From assembly GCA_024404275.1 (NCBI GenBank), contig JAKSQG010000014.1:1-21115 (forward strand): DNA of 21,115 bases, in the 5' to 3' direction. Position numbers and translations under genes: made by a program. The notes under the pieces are model-generated. The model saw only the letters and a program-made list of their open reading frames with translations. It had not been told where the DNA came from and searched no databases. This DNA comes from Clostridia bacterium. Lineage in GTDB: Bacteria > Bacillota > Clostridia > Christensenellales > Aristaeellaceae. Of the stretch, positions 8,433-16,794 are shown in pieces. The first letter of the stretch is position 1; each line of letters starts with the position of its first letter.

Positions 8433-10473
8433 TCATCAATTCAGTATTCTGCTCCTTGGTCGTCCGTGTCAGCACCAGGATTCCGTTCGGCTCCAACGCA
8501 ACCGGGCCGTTTTTTTCCGTTTTCTCCAAAGTGTCCGTAAAGGTACACGGCAAATGAACTGTCTGTTGAACGCCGGAATAGTTCTGGACAAAAAAACAAT
8601 TTCCGCGCACCGTCACCGTTACGCCCCGCGGCAGATCGGCAAACGGATGCCCGCGAAGCGCCAGCTGACCGGCAAGTTTTCCGTAAAATGCATTCAGAGC
8701 GGCTTGTTCTACCCGGGCCGCGATGTAATAAGCCTGGCCCTCGCCGTAATGATTTCTTGTAATCACAGGCAGTCCCCTGTAAAAGTCCTGCTGATAAGCC
8801 GCCATCGTCTCTGCCCCTTCCGGAACGCAGAGTTCACACAGATCGGCAATTTCATACTGTTTGCCGTATAGCATCGTATGATTGCGCTCCGACGGATGCA
8901 ATGCGTCCATCTCTTCCACACGCAGCCCCAGTACCTCTGTCAGCCCATGAGGCGTATCTCCCATGAAAGCCAGATCGGTATCATCCACAAGTCCGCTGAA
9001 ATAGCTCATGACCAATGTGCCGCCATGCGAAACATATTCCTTCAGCTTCTTTTCAAAATCATTGCGGAGCATAAACAGCATTGGCGCGATGACCAGCGAA
9101 TAGCCCTCCAGATCGGTGCAGGCGCGCATATCACAAAAATCGACGCTGATTCCCTGCTCCCACAGAGCCCGGTAGTGTCCGTTGACGGTGTCAAAATAGC
9201 GCATCTGCCCTTTCAGTCCCGCCTGCGCGAAGTCCACCGCCCAGCGGCAATTCCAGTCAAAAATGATACAAACCTTTGCCTGCACAGGTGTACCGGCCAG
9301 CGGACGCAGGCGCTCCAGCATTTCTCCCACCTGCGTTACATCCCGAAAGACCCGGGTATCCGCCCGGTTGTTGTGGCTGACCACCGCGCCATGGAAGGTC
9401 TCCGGCCCGCCCACGCATTTGCGCCATTGGAAATACTGCACACTGTCGCTGCCGTGCGCTACCGCCTGCAGGGAAGAAAGGGTGTGCATGCCCGGCTTTT
9501 TCAGCTTATTGACATTCTTCCAGTTCACCTGCGACGGCGTGCTTTCCATCAGCAGGAACGGCGCCTTTTTCAATGAACGCATGATATCATGGTTCATGGC
9601 AAATTCCGCAGCCCGGGCAATGTCATCGCCGCTGTGCCATTCCGGATAGCTGTCCCATGAGACCACGTCCAGCGTTTCCGCCAGCGCAAAGTAATCATAA
9701 TCCCAGAAGCGTTCCATCAGGTTGGCGGTCACGGGCAGTTTCACCGCCGCAGACTGTACAGCCTGCTTTTCCATACGGATAAAATCCGCACAGGTCTCAC
9801 TCATAAAGCGCTGCCAATCCACCCGCAGGGAAACGCAGCTCATCTCTCCCAGCGGCGAAGGACTTTCCACCTGCTCCCATTCGGTATACCACTGATTCCA
9901 CACGCCGGTGCACCAGCGGCGATTCAATTCCTGAAGCGTACCGTATTTCTTCCTGAGCCAGTTACGAAAGGCCGCCTGACAGTTTTCACAATGACAGGTA
10001 CCACCAAATTCATTGCTGATGTGCCAAAGAATCACCGCCGGGTGCGCCGCGTAACGCTCGGCCAGCGCTGTATCAATGGCCCGCACCTTTTCACGGTAAA
10101 CCGGCGATGTCAGACAGTGATTCTGTCTTTCTCCGAAAAGCAGCCGCTCCCGCCTTTCATTGACCCGCAGAACCTCGGGATATCTGCGAGCCATCCAGGC
10201 AGGCTTCGCTCCGCTGGGAGTGGCCAGAATAACATGGATGCCGCCCTTCCACAGGCGGTCGATCACCTCATCCAGCCATTCAAAATCATACTCCCCCTCC
10301 CGTGGTTCCATTCTTGTCCAGCTGAAAATACCGACGGAAACGCAGTTGACATGTGCCTGATGCATCAGGCGGATATCCTCTTCGAGAATATCCTTCCTGT
10401 CCAGCCACTGATCCGGATTATAATCACCGCCGTGCAGAAAGCCCGCTTGGTGGATAAAATCATTGCTCATCAT
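8419..10473 (-). CDS. GH42 beta-galactosidase (GanA/LacA/BgaB-like)
   Basis: GGDYNPDQW, IFSWTRMEPREGEYDFEWLD and WHISNEFGG (acid/base Glu) are present. A Cys cluster is also present (C110, then CHCENC), and the length of 684 aa fits a trimer-type enzyme. GGAGGA lies 9 nt before the ATG. Confidence 0.93.
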   Translation of the reverse strand: MMSNDFIHQAGFLHGGDYNPDQWLDRKDILEEDIRLMHQAHVNCVSVGIFSWTRMEPREGEYDFEWLDEVIDRLWKGGIHVILATPSGAKPAWMARRYPEVLRVNERRERLLFGERQNHCLTSPVYREKVRAIDTALAERYAAHPAVILWHISNEFGGTCHCENCQAAFRNWLRKKYGTLQELNRRWCTGVWNQWYTEWEQVESPSPLGEMSCVSLRVDWQRFMSETCADFIRMEKQAVQSAAVKLPVTANLMERFWDYDYFALAETLDVVSWDSYPEWHSGDDIARAAEFAMNHDIMRSLKKAPFLLMESTPSQVNWKNVNKLKKPGMHTLSSLQAVAHGSDSVQYFQWRKCVGGPETFHGAVVSHNNRADTRVFRDVTQVGEMLERLRPLAGTPVQAKVCIIFDWNCRWAVDFAQAGLKGQMRYFDTVNGHYRALWEQGISVDFCDMRACTDLEGYSLVIAPMLFMLRNDFEKKLKEYVSHGGTLVMSYFSGLVDDTDLAFMGDTPHGLTEVLGLRVEEMDALHPSERNHTMLYGKQYEIADLCELCVPEGAETMAAYQQDFYRGLPVITRNHYGEGQAYYIAARVEQAALNAFYGKLAGQLALRGHPFADLPRGVTVTVRGNCFFVQNYSGVQQTVHLPCTFTDTLEKTEKNGPVALEPNGILVLTRTTKEQNTELMIDKD

Positions 10474-10489
10474 TTCTTTTTATCCTCCG

Positions 10490-12085
10490 TCAGCGCAGCA
10501 CAGCACTGGTCTGAGCCTCCAGGGTTACAACGGTACCGTCCAGTTTCGCCGCGCCCTGTCCGATGTACGCGCTGACCGTATCAAAGCTCAGCTCCGTCAC
10601 AGCGGCAAGATCGAGCGTCACAGCACGCTTGGTGGTATTGTGAAGCACGCAAACGGTGCTGCCGTTCAGCGTGCAAAGGAAGCCGCCGGCTTTGGTATCG
10701 TTGAAGTTCAAGGCCCGATAATCACCCGCCGCGATCTCGGGATGGGCTTTTCGTATCATCAGCAGCTGCCTGTAATAGTGATAAACGCTCGTTTCATCCT
10801 TCATCTGATCCGCCACGGTATAAGGCATCTGATTCGCCTTTTCATAGGTGGCCCCCACAGGATCCCGCACCGTGTCGCCATCCCCCCACAGCATTGCCAG
10901 ACGACGATTGGCGTCCGTGGACGCGCCGCCGCGCGAACCACGCAGACCAATCTCCTCACCATAATAGATGAACGGGGATCCCGGCGAGAGCAGATACAGA
11001 TTGGCCGCCATCTGCATGCGGTGTGTTGCCACTGTGAGGTAGCCGGCCGCACGGTCTGTATCATGGTTGGCCACAAAGAGCATATTCATGGCTGCAGGAT
11101 TCAGCTTTTTGATCTGATGAATATAGCCCTCGATATAGGCGGTGAATTTGTTGACATTGCCCGCCGCCGCAGTGGTGGCAATGAGTCCGGAGGCCTGTGA
11201 AGCCGTAAAGTTGAAACAATTGACCGCCCCGGCATAGCGTTCGGTAATGCTGTCGCTGTCCCACACCTCCGCCACGGTATAAACATCGGGCTTGATCTTT
11301 TTTAATTCGCCGATGTACCATTCCCAGAATGCTGCATTGGCGTCGTGATCGCCGTAATAGATGTATTTGGCGGCGTCAAAACGGAAGCCGTCCACGCCCA
11401 ACGCCAGATAGTATTCCGCTATTCTGAGCACCTCGGCGCGGATGGTTTCATTGTCAAAATTCAGCTCGGGCATATTGTCCGAAAAATTGGCCTCCACGCG
11501 CATATCGGAAACGTTCATAAAATGCCGTCCCGCCGGCAAAGAAGCATCCGCCGGCACCCAGCTATAATAATCATAATACTTGTTGGCCGGATTATGCGTG
11601 ATGTGCGCGTTTTTGAAATTGACATACCACTTGTTCCGGTCGCCGGTATGATTGATGGGCAGGTCCAGAATCACCAGCATGCCGCGCTCATGGCACAGTG
11701 AGACCAGCTCCTTCAGCTCCTCCATCGTGCCGAACGCGGGATCGACGGTATAATAATCCGTCACGTCATACTTGTGGTAAGAAGGGGATGAATAGATCGG
11801 TGTCAGCCACAGTCCCTCCACCCCCAGCGACCGTCCGGAATCGGGATCGCCGTCGTTGAGATAATCCAGACGGTTGATGATGCCCCTGAGATCGCCGATG
11901 CCGTCTCCATTGGAATCGGAGAATGAACCGACAAAAATCTCATAGAACACACGATTCTGCCCGATATCCATCTTTTCCGATTCGGATCCTTTCTGTGCCT
12001 GTTCTTCCGCCAGAATACTCCCTGTGTCTGAAAAAGGGCAAACGATGAGAATCAGAAGAGCAATTGTCAGATATACAAATTTCAT
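10490..12085 (-). CDS. secreted GH13 alpha-amylase-family glycosidase
   Basis: An N-terminal hydrophobic signal is present. GH13 regions seen are YEIFVGSFSDSNGDGIGDLRGIINRLDYL, VILDLPINHTG, GVDGFRFDAAKY, AEVWD and VANHDTDR. The stop lies 16 nt upstream of the GH42 ATG, with the ribosome-binding site in between. Confidence 0.9.
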   Translation of the reverse strand: MKFVYLTIALLILIVCPFSDTGSILAEEQAQKGSESEKMDIGQNRVFYEIFVGSFSDSNGDGIGDLRGIINRLDYLNDGDPDSGRSLGVEGLWLTPIYSSPSYHKYDVTDYYTVDPAFGTMEELKELVSLCHERGMLVILDLPINHTGDRNKWYVNFKNAHITHNPANKYYDYYSWVPADASLPAGRHFMNVSDMRVEANFSDNMPELNFDNETIRAEVLRIAEYYLALGVDGFRFDAAKYIYYGDHDANAAFWEWYIGELKKIKPDVYTVAEVWDSDSITERYAGAVNCFNFTASQASGLIATTAAAGNVNKFTAYIEGYIHQIKKLNPAAMNMLFVANHDTDRAAGYLTVATHRMQMAANLYLLSPGSPFIYYGEEIGLRGSRGGASTDANRRLAMLWGDGDTVRDPVGATYEKANQMPYTVADQMKDETSVYHYYRQLLMIRKAHPEIAAGDYRALNFNDTKAGGFLCTLNGSTVCVLHNTTKRAVTLDLAAVTELSFDTVSAYIGQGAAKLDGTVVTLEAQTSAVLR

Positions 12086-12117
12086 ATTCAGAAACCTTCC
12101 TTCGTTTTTTCAACGAT

Positions 12118-12146
12118 ATCGTAAACTTTTCAAAACAGCTTGTCAA
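12118..12146 (-). promoter_or_regulatory. candidate promoter for the GH13/GH42 operon
   Basis: The minus strand reads TTGACA (12146-12141), a 17-nt spacer, then TACGAT (12123-12118), about 35 nt upstream of the GH13 ATG. Confidence 0.5.
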
Positions 12147-12168
12147 GAAAAATAAAAAATGTTAATAT
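12140..12168 (+). promoter_or_regulatory. candidate divergent promoter for the membrane-protein/GH53 unit
   Basis: TTGTCA (12140-12145), a 17-nt spacer, then TGtTAATAT (-10 at 12163-12168). Its -35 element shares base pairs with the minus-strand -35. Confidence 0.5.
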
Positions 12169-12201
12169 GAACTCAAATTCCGCCATAAAGGTGAAACCAT
12201 C

Positions 12202-12687
12202 ATGCATATATATTCCGAGCTTCAAATCCGTCAAATGAAAAAACGTGCCGCGCTGTACAAAACAGCGGCGGTTCTGATTGCCGTGTGTGCCTGGATCACT
12301 TGCGTAACGCTGTGCATCATCACGCGTACAGCCACAGACGCCATCCTGCACACGGCGGTTGTTCTGGTCTCGCTGTGTGCCGGCTGGGCCGTCATTCTGC
12401 TTTTGACCATGGGCTATCAACCCAACAAGGCAGGCGCCTCACACGCGGAAGGCATTCTGAAGGACATTGCCCGGGAAGAAACCGTCAGCGGTCTTCTGCT
12501 TCAGACAGACAGCCCCGTACGCATACCCGGTTCTGTGGAGATCTGCCGTGTCAGCATCCTTTGCGGCGAGGAAAAAAAGCGGCTGAGTATTCTGGAGAGC
12601 AAACGGGAGACGCTGCCCTCCCCCGGTTCCCCAGTCACCGTAAAAGTTGTCCGCAGCTTTATCAGCGAGGTGGAAGATGCGCGGTAA
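12202..12687 (+). CDS. hypothetical membrane protein (2 predicted transmembrane helices plus a soluble C-terminal domain of about 85 aa)
   Basis: AAGGTGA lies upstream of the ATG. Two hydrophobic helices are present (AAVLIAVCAWITCVTLCII and VVLVSLCAGWAVILLLTMG). I recognise no family. Confidence 0.55.
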   Translation: MHIYSELQIRQMKKRAALYKTAAVLIAVCAWITCVTLCIITRTATDAILHTAVVLVSLCAGWAVILLLTMGYQPNKAGASHAEGILKDIAREETVSGLLLQTDSPVRIPGSVEICRVSILCGEEKKRLSILESKRETLPSPGSPVTVKVVRSFISEVEDAR

Positions 12688-13222
12688 ATTGAGGATACTC
12701 AAACGGCAGCTGCCGCTGCTGATCATCTGGGCTGTACTGAGCAGCCTGATCTGGTCCTGGATCTTCATGCTGGTCACCGAGCCCGATGCCCGGCACAAGC
12801 TGGTCATTGCTGTGGACGCCACGGTATCCGACGTGACGGAGCTGGCGGTCTCGCTGGAATCGTTCATGGAAGGTGATATCCAAAGGATCAAGGTTTACCC
12901 TTTTACTTATGCAATGATGGACAGCAGCACGCTGGAAAAAGCCGATCTGCTGATTCTCTCCGCTGAAGGCATAAATACCTATCTTGACTGGCTGGCGCCG
13001 CTGCCCGCCGCAATCGCTTCCGATCAGGCTCTGTCGGTGATGGGGATCGCCTACGGGCTCCCTCTTAAAAACCCCCTTGTACTGCGGCATCTTTCCGGGG
13101 ACGCCGGCGCGTGGTATGTCTGTCTCGGACAAAAAAGCATCCATGCCGGCCGCGCTGACGGACAGGGTTCCGAGGCGTTGCCTTATCTGACTTTACTTTC
13201 CTCCGGTGCATCGGTGGACTAA
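12677..13222 (+). CDS. hypothetical single-pass membrane protein with an extracytoplasmic domain
   Basis: The start was chosen at MRGKLRIL (ATG 12677, GAGGTGG upstream), which overlaps the previous stop (ATGCGCGGTAA). One N-terminal transmembrane helix is present (LPLLIIWAVLSSLIWSWIFMLV). I recognise no family. Confidence 0.55.
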   Translation: MRGKLRILKRQLPLLIIWAVLSSLIWSWIFMLVTEPDARHKLVIAVDATVSDVTELAVSLESFMEGDIQRIKVYPFTYAMMDSSTLEKADLLILSAEGINTYLDWLAPLPAAIASDQALSVMGIAYGLPLKNPLVLRHLSGDAGAWYVCLGQKSIHAGRADGQGSEALPYLTLLSSGASVD

Positions 13223-13233
13223 AGGAGAAAAAG

Positions 13234-14139
13234 ATGAAAAGAATCGCCCTGCTCCTGATCCTGACGCTGCTTGCCGCGCTGAATTGCATTGCCTTTGCGG
13301 AAGAGAGCCCCGCAGCAGGCAGTACCCTTTATGTCAAAAAGGTGGAGAACCTTTCCGATGATTTTGTTTTCGGCATGGATGCCTCTTGCGTGATTGCTCT
13401 GGAAAACAGCGGCGTCCGATTCTATGATTTTAACGGCATCGAACAGGATGTTTTTAAAACATTGCACGAAAACGGTATCAATGCCATTCGCGTCCGGATC
13501 TGGAATGATCCCTATGACCCTGCCGGTCACGGCTATGGCGGCGGCAACTGCGATATCGCCAAAGCCATCGAGATCGGCCGCCGTGCCACCGAAAACGGCA
13601 TGTCGCTGATTGTCAGCTTCCATTACAGCGATTTCTGGGCCGATCCCTCCAAGCAGATCGTTCCCAAGGCTTGGAAGGGGCTCAAAATTGCCGATAAGAC
13701 TACTGCGGTTTATGAGTTTACCCGGGAATGCCTCCTGCAGCTGAAGGATGCGGGAGTGGATGTCTGCATGGTGGCGGTCGGCAATGAAACCAACCAACTG
13801 ATGTGCGGAGAGAAAACCTGGTTCAACATTCAGTACCTGATGCAAGCCGGCGCCCGGGCGACACGGGAAATCTTCCCCGAAGCGCTGGTGGCACTTCATT
13901 TTACTAACCCCGAGAAGGCCGGCAGCCTCATGACATACGCCAAAAAGATGGATTATTATCAGGTAGATTACGATGTGTTTTCCACCTCCTATTATCCTTA
14001 CTGGCATGGCACGCTGCAAAACCTTTCATCCGTGTTGAGCGAAGTAGCCGAAACTTATGGCAAAAAAGTGATGGTAATGGAAACCAGCTATGCCTACACC
14101 TCCGAAGACAGCGATTTTTACGGCAACACCATCTCATAG
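13234..14139 (+). CDS. GH53 endo-beta-1,4-galactanase (GanB/GalA-like), signal peptide plus most of the catalytic domain, ending at an in-frame TAG
   Basis: AAGGAGA ribosome-binding site and signal peptide ...CIAFA|EE. GH53 motifs present are GMDASCVIALENSG, NAIRVRIWNDP, FHYSDFWADPSKQ.VPKAW, VGNETN (acid/base) and METSYAYT (nucleophile). The frame stops at TAG 14137-14139. Confidence 0.9.
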   Translation: MKRIALLLILTLLAALNCIAFAEESPAAGSTLYVKKVENLSDDFVFGMDASCVIALENSGVRFYDFNGIEQDVFKTLHENGINAIRVRIWNDPYDPAGHGYGGGNCDIAKAIEIGRRATENGMSLIVSFHYSDFWADPSKQIVPKAWKGLKIADKTTAVYEFTRECLLQLKDAGVDVCMVAVGNETNQLMCGEKTWFNIQYLMQAGARATREIFPEALVALHFTNPEKAGSLMTYAKKMDYYQVDYDVFSTSYYPYWHGTLQNLSSVLSEVAETYGKKVMVMETSYAYTSEDSDFYGNTIS

Positions 14140-15183
14140 GGCGGCGCCGTCATCAAGGATTATCCTTTCACCGTTCAGGGACAGGCGAATTCCCTTCGGG
14201 AAATTACCAATACGCTGGTCAACCGGACGAGCAGCGCCATCGGCATGGTCTACTGGGAAGGCACATGGATTGGCGGCGGCGGCGGCAGCTGGGAAGAAAA
14301 CCATGCCCTGTGGGAAGAGTACGGCAGCGGCTGGGCCAGCAGCTACGCCCGTGCCTACGATCCGAATGACGCTGGAAAATACTACGGCGGCAACGCGGTG
14401 GATAATCAGGCGATGTTTGACCCGGAAGGGCACCCGCTGGAATCGCTGAAGGTTTTTTCCCTGATGAAAACCGGCAATGAGATATCTCCCGTGGCCGATG
14501 CTCCCGAAGACGTCCGCCTGATTGTCGATATCAACGGTGATATCACGCTGCCGGATACCGTTGATGCCATCATGACGGATAACTCCCGCCGCTCTATCCC
14601 CGTGGAGTGGGATTTTACCGCCGAACAGGATGCCATGATGCACGAAAACGGCGTTGCGGCTTATACGATCACCGGCACCGCCGGCGGCATGACCGCCACC
14701 TGTTATATCAACATGGTCGAATACAATTATCTGAACGATTACAGCTTTGAAGAAGGCGGCAGCTGCTGGGTGCTTACCGATCTGAACAAAGCCGATGAAT
14801 TGTATGTGGAAGAGAAAAAATCCGACAGTCTGACCGGCGTAAAGCATCTGCATTTCTGGAGCGCGGCAAAAAACAGCGTGGAATTCACCGCGGAGCAGAC
14901 CCCGGAAAACCTGCCTGCCGGGCGTTACAAATTCAGCATGTCCGCCATGGGAGGGGACTGCGGCGCCACAGAGGCATACATCTACGTCAAGGTGAACAAC
15001 GAAATAATCGCCCGCGCCAATCTTGTCTTCAGCAGCTACGGCAACTGGTATACCGCCGTCATTCCCGCCTTTGAGCACGCTGCGGAGGATACGGTCACGG
15101 TCGGTGTATATGTCAAAGCGCAGGGAACCGGCAACGGCGCCTGGGGTAAGCTGGACGACGCGCTGCTCAACAGCGTAAAATGA
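14140..15183 (+). CDS. continuation of the same GH53 galactanase in the same frame: end of the catalytic domain, an Ig-like domain and a CBM-like domain
   Basis: The sequence directly after the TAG reads GGAVIKDYPFTVQGQANSLREI...GMVYWEGTWI...ALWEEYGSGWASSYA..YDPNDAGKYYGGNAVDNQAMFD. This is conserved GH53 C-terminal core sequence. The first ATG (14245) lies inside that core, and no separate ribosome-binding site or signal peptide is present. Confidence 0.85.
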   Translation, partial: GGAVIKDYPFTVQGQANSLREITNTLVNRTSSAIGMVYWEGTWIGGGGGSWEENHALWEEYGSGWASSYARAYDPNDAGKYYGGNAVDNQAMFDPEGHPLESLKVFSLMKTGNEISPVADAPEDVRLIVDINGDITLPDTVDAIMTDNSRRSIPVEWDFTAEQDAMMHENGVAAYTITGTAGGMTATCYINMVEYNYLNDYSFEEGGSCWVLTDLNKADELYVEEKKSDSLTGVKHLHFWSAAKNSVEFTAEQTPENLPAGRYKFSMSAMGGDCGATEAYIYVKVNNEIIARANLVFSSYGNWYTAVIPAFEHAAEDTVTVGVYVKAQGTGNGAWGKLDDALLNSVK

Positions 15184-15200
15184 CAAAAGCCGATTTCACT

Positions 15201-15229
15201 AAAAAAGATGCCTTATCGGCATCTTTTTT
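15201..15229. terminator. bidirectional intrinsic terminator between GH53 and pyruvate kinase
   Basis: AAAAAA, GATGCC stem, TTATC loop, GGCATC stem, TTTTTT. Confidence 0.8.
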
Positions 15230-15239
15230 GTTTATCTGA

Positions 15240-16652
15240 TTACACCTGTTCGACCTTGATGATGTTGGTATTGCCGATCTGACCATTGATCTGGCCGCCC
15301 GTCAGCACCACATTGTCGCCCTTCTGAAGACCAAGCTCCTTCTGGGCAATCTTCATATCCTGCCAGAACATAACATCCATATTGGGATATGCCTCGCACA
15401 GCACCGGCAGAACAGACCAGGAAAGGTTCAGCTTGCGCCATGCCTTGGGATCGGTAGTCGCCCCCAGAATGCAGACAGGTCCGCGGAAACGGGACACCAT
15501 GCGGGCAGTACGGCCGCTGATCGAGTTGACCACAATAGCTTTGGCTTTGACATCCACTGCCATGGAACACACCGCGTGGGAGATGGCATCCAGATTGCTG
15601 TGGATGGTAAAATCAGCCTTTTTGAAGAATTCTTCGTAGTCGATATGATTCTCGGTAAATTCGGCAATCTCCGCCATCGCTTTGACGGCCTGCACCGGGA
15701 ACTTACCCGCAGCAGTCTCACCGGAAAGCATCACGGCAGAAGAACCGTCATACACGGCATTAGCCACGTCACTGACTTCTGCACGGGTGGGACGGGGATT
15801 ATTGATCATGCTTTCCAGCATTTCCGTCGCCGTAATGACGCGCTTGCCCAGCATACGGCACTTTTCGATCAGATACTTCTGTACCGGCGGCACCTCCATG
15901 AAGGGGATCTCCACACCCAGGTCACCGCGGGCCACCATGATACCGTCAGCCACCTCGCAGATTTCGGACACGTGATCCACACCGCTGCGGTTTTCAATTT
16001 TGGCAATGATATCCACATCCTTGCCGCCGTTTGCATCCAGCAGCTCGCGGAGGCTCTGCACATCGCTCTTGCAGGAAACAAAGGAAGCCGCGACAAAATC
16101 GACATCATTGGCAATGCCAAACAGGATATCTTCCTTGTCCTGTTCGGACAGATATTCATGCTTCATCACCTTGCCGGGGAAGCACATGCTCTTGCGGTTG
16201 CTCAACACACCGCCGGCCACAACACGGCAGTTGATATCATTATCCGTAATGCTTTCTACCTTCAGGGAGACCAAGCCGTTATTGACCAGCACGGTATCGC
16301 CTGCCTGCAGTTCCTTGGTCAGATTCTTATAGTTCACGGAAACGCGTTCGGCATTTCCTTCAATTTCATCCGTGGTCAGCACAAAGGGCGCGCCATCCTG
16401 CAGCGTCACCTTACCCTCTGCAAACGTTTTGATGCGGTATTCGGGGCCTTTGGTATCCAGCATGATAGCAATCGGCAGACCCAATTCTTCACGCACCTGC
16501 TTGATGGCATTGATCTTCTTCAGATGTTCTTCATGGGAACCGTGAGAAAAGTTCAGGCGGGCCACGTTCATGCCGGCCAGGCAAAGCTCTTTCAGTGTTT
16601 CAATGTTTTCACTGGAAGGGCCGATAGTGCAAATGATCTTGGTCTTACGCAT
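15240..16652 (-). CDS. pyk: pyruvate kinase
   Basis: MRKTKIICTIGPSS, NVARLNFSHG, MLDTKGPEYR, MVARGDLGVEIP and a C-terminal allosteric domain are present. The start was set at the second ATG (16652) because GGAGG lies 9 nt upstream. The first ATG (16661) directly abuts the ribosome-binding site. Confidence 0.95.
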   Translation of the reverse strand: MRKTKIICTIGPSSENIETLKELCLAGMNVARLNFSHGSHEEHLKKINAIKQVREELGLPIAIMLDTKGPEYRIKTFAEGKVTLQDGAPFVLTTDEIEGNAERVSVNYKNLTKELQAGDTVLVNNGLVSLKVESITDNDINCRVVAGGVLSNRKSMCFPGKVMKHEYLSEQDKEDILFGIANDVDFVAASFVSCKSDVQSLRELLDANGGKDVDIIAKIENRSGVDHVSEICEVADGIMVARGDLGVEIPFMEVPPVQKYLIEKCRMLGKRVITATEMLESMINNPRPTRAEVSDVANAVYDGSSAVMLSGETAAGKFPVQAVKAMAEIAEFTENHIDYEEFFKKADFTIHSNLDAISHAVCSMAVDVKAKAIVVNSISGRTARMVSRFRGPVCILGATTDPKAWRKLNLSWSVLPVLCEAYPNMDVMFWQDMKIAQKELGLQKGDNVVLTGGQINGQIGNTNIIKVEQV

Positions 16653-16681
16653 GGTTTGCATCCTCCTTTGTTCCTGTTTCC

Positions 16682-16711
16682 ATTATACAGTTTTTTTGCC
16701 TCTGTCGCAAT
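16682..16711 (-). promoter_or_regulatory. candidate pyk promoter
   Basis: The minus strand reads TTGCGA, an 18-nt spacer, then TATAAT (16687-16682), about 30 nt upstream of the pyk ribosome-binding site. Confidence 0.45.
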
Positions 16712-16737
16712 AGTGCAAAAGCGGAATCCATCCTATC

Positions 16738-16766
16738 TTGACGGAAAAGAAAATACGGCATACAAT
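16738..16766 (+). promoter_or_regulatory. candidate promoter for the rhomboid-like/SGNH unit
   Basis: TTGACG (16738-16743), a 17-nt spacer, then TACAAT (16761-16766). Confidence 0.5.
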
Positions 16767-16794
16767 AGTACGGAATCATGAAAGGGGTTATTAT

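Noticed and set aside
12038-12085. A possible lipoprotein lipobox (LILIVC) in the GH13 signal peptide, and Cys residues in the GH53 and RNase signal peptides.
   Set aside because: The -1 position is Val, Asn or Leu rather than Gly, Ala or Ser. Each signal has a plausible A-x-A/ALG-type signal peptidase I site a few residues later.
12095-12135. A catabolite-responsive element (cre) or LacI-type TGnAAnCGnTTnCA site in the GH13 promoter region (for example TGAAAAGTTTACGA).
   Set aside because: The central CG and the symmetric arms of the cre consensus are missing. Only the different palindrome ACGATATCGT stands up, and that is reported separately.
14137-14139. Pyrrolysine as the specific explanation for the in-frame TAGs.
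   Set aside because: The window contains no pyl genes and no methylamine methyltransferase context. Both TAGs lie in variable linker or loop positions, not catalytic sites. It cannot be excluded without the whole genome, so it is kept only as one option within the recoding finding.
14245-15183. The ATG at 14245 as the genuine start of an independent protein.
   Set aside because: GH53 homology continues upstream of it in the same frame all the way to the TAG. There is no ribosome-binding site and no signal peptide. The product would be a catalytic-domain fragment lacking both catalytic glutamates.
16653-16661. The upstream ATG (MQTMRK...) as the pyruvate kinase start.
   Set aside because: The GGAGG ribosome-binding site abuts this ATG with no spacing. 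The second ATG lies 9 nt from the ribosome-binding site and gives the canonical MRKTKIICTIGP N-terminus.
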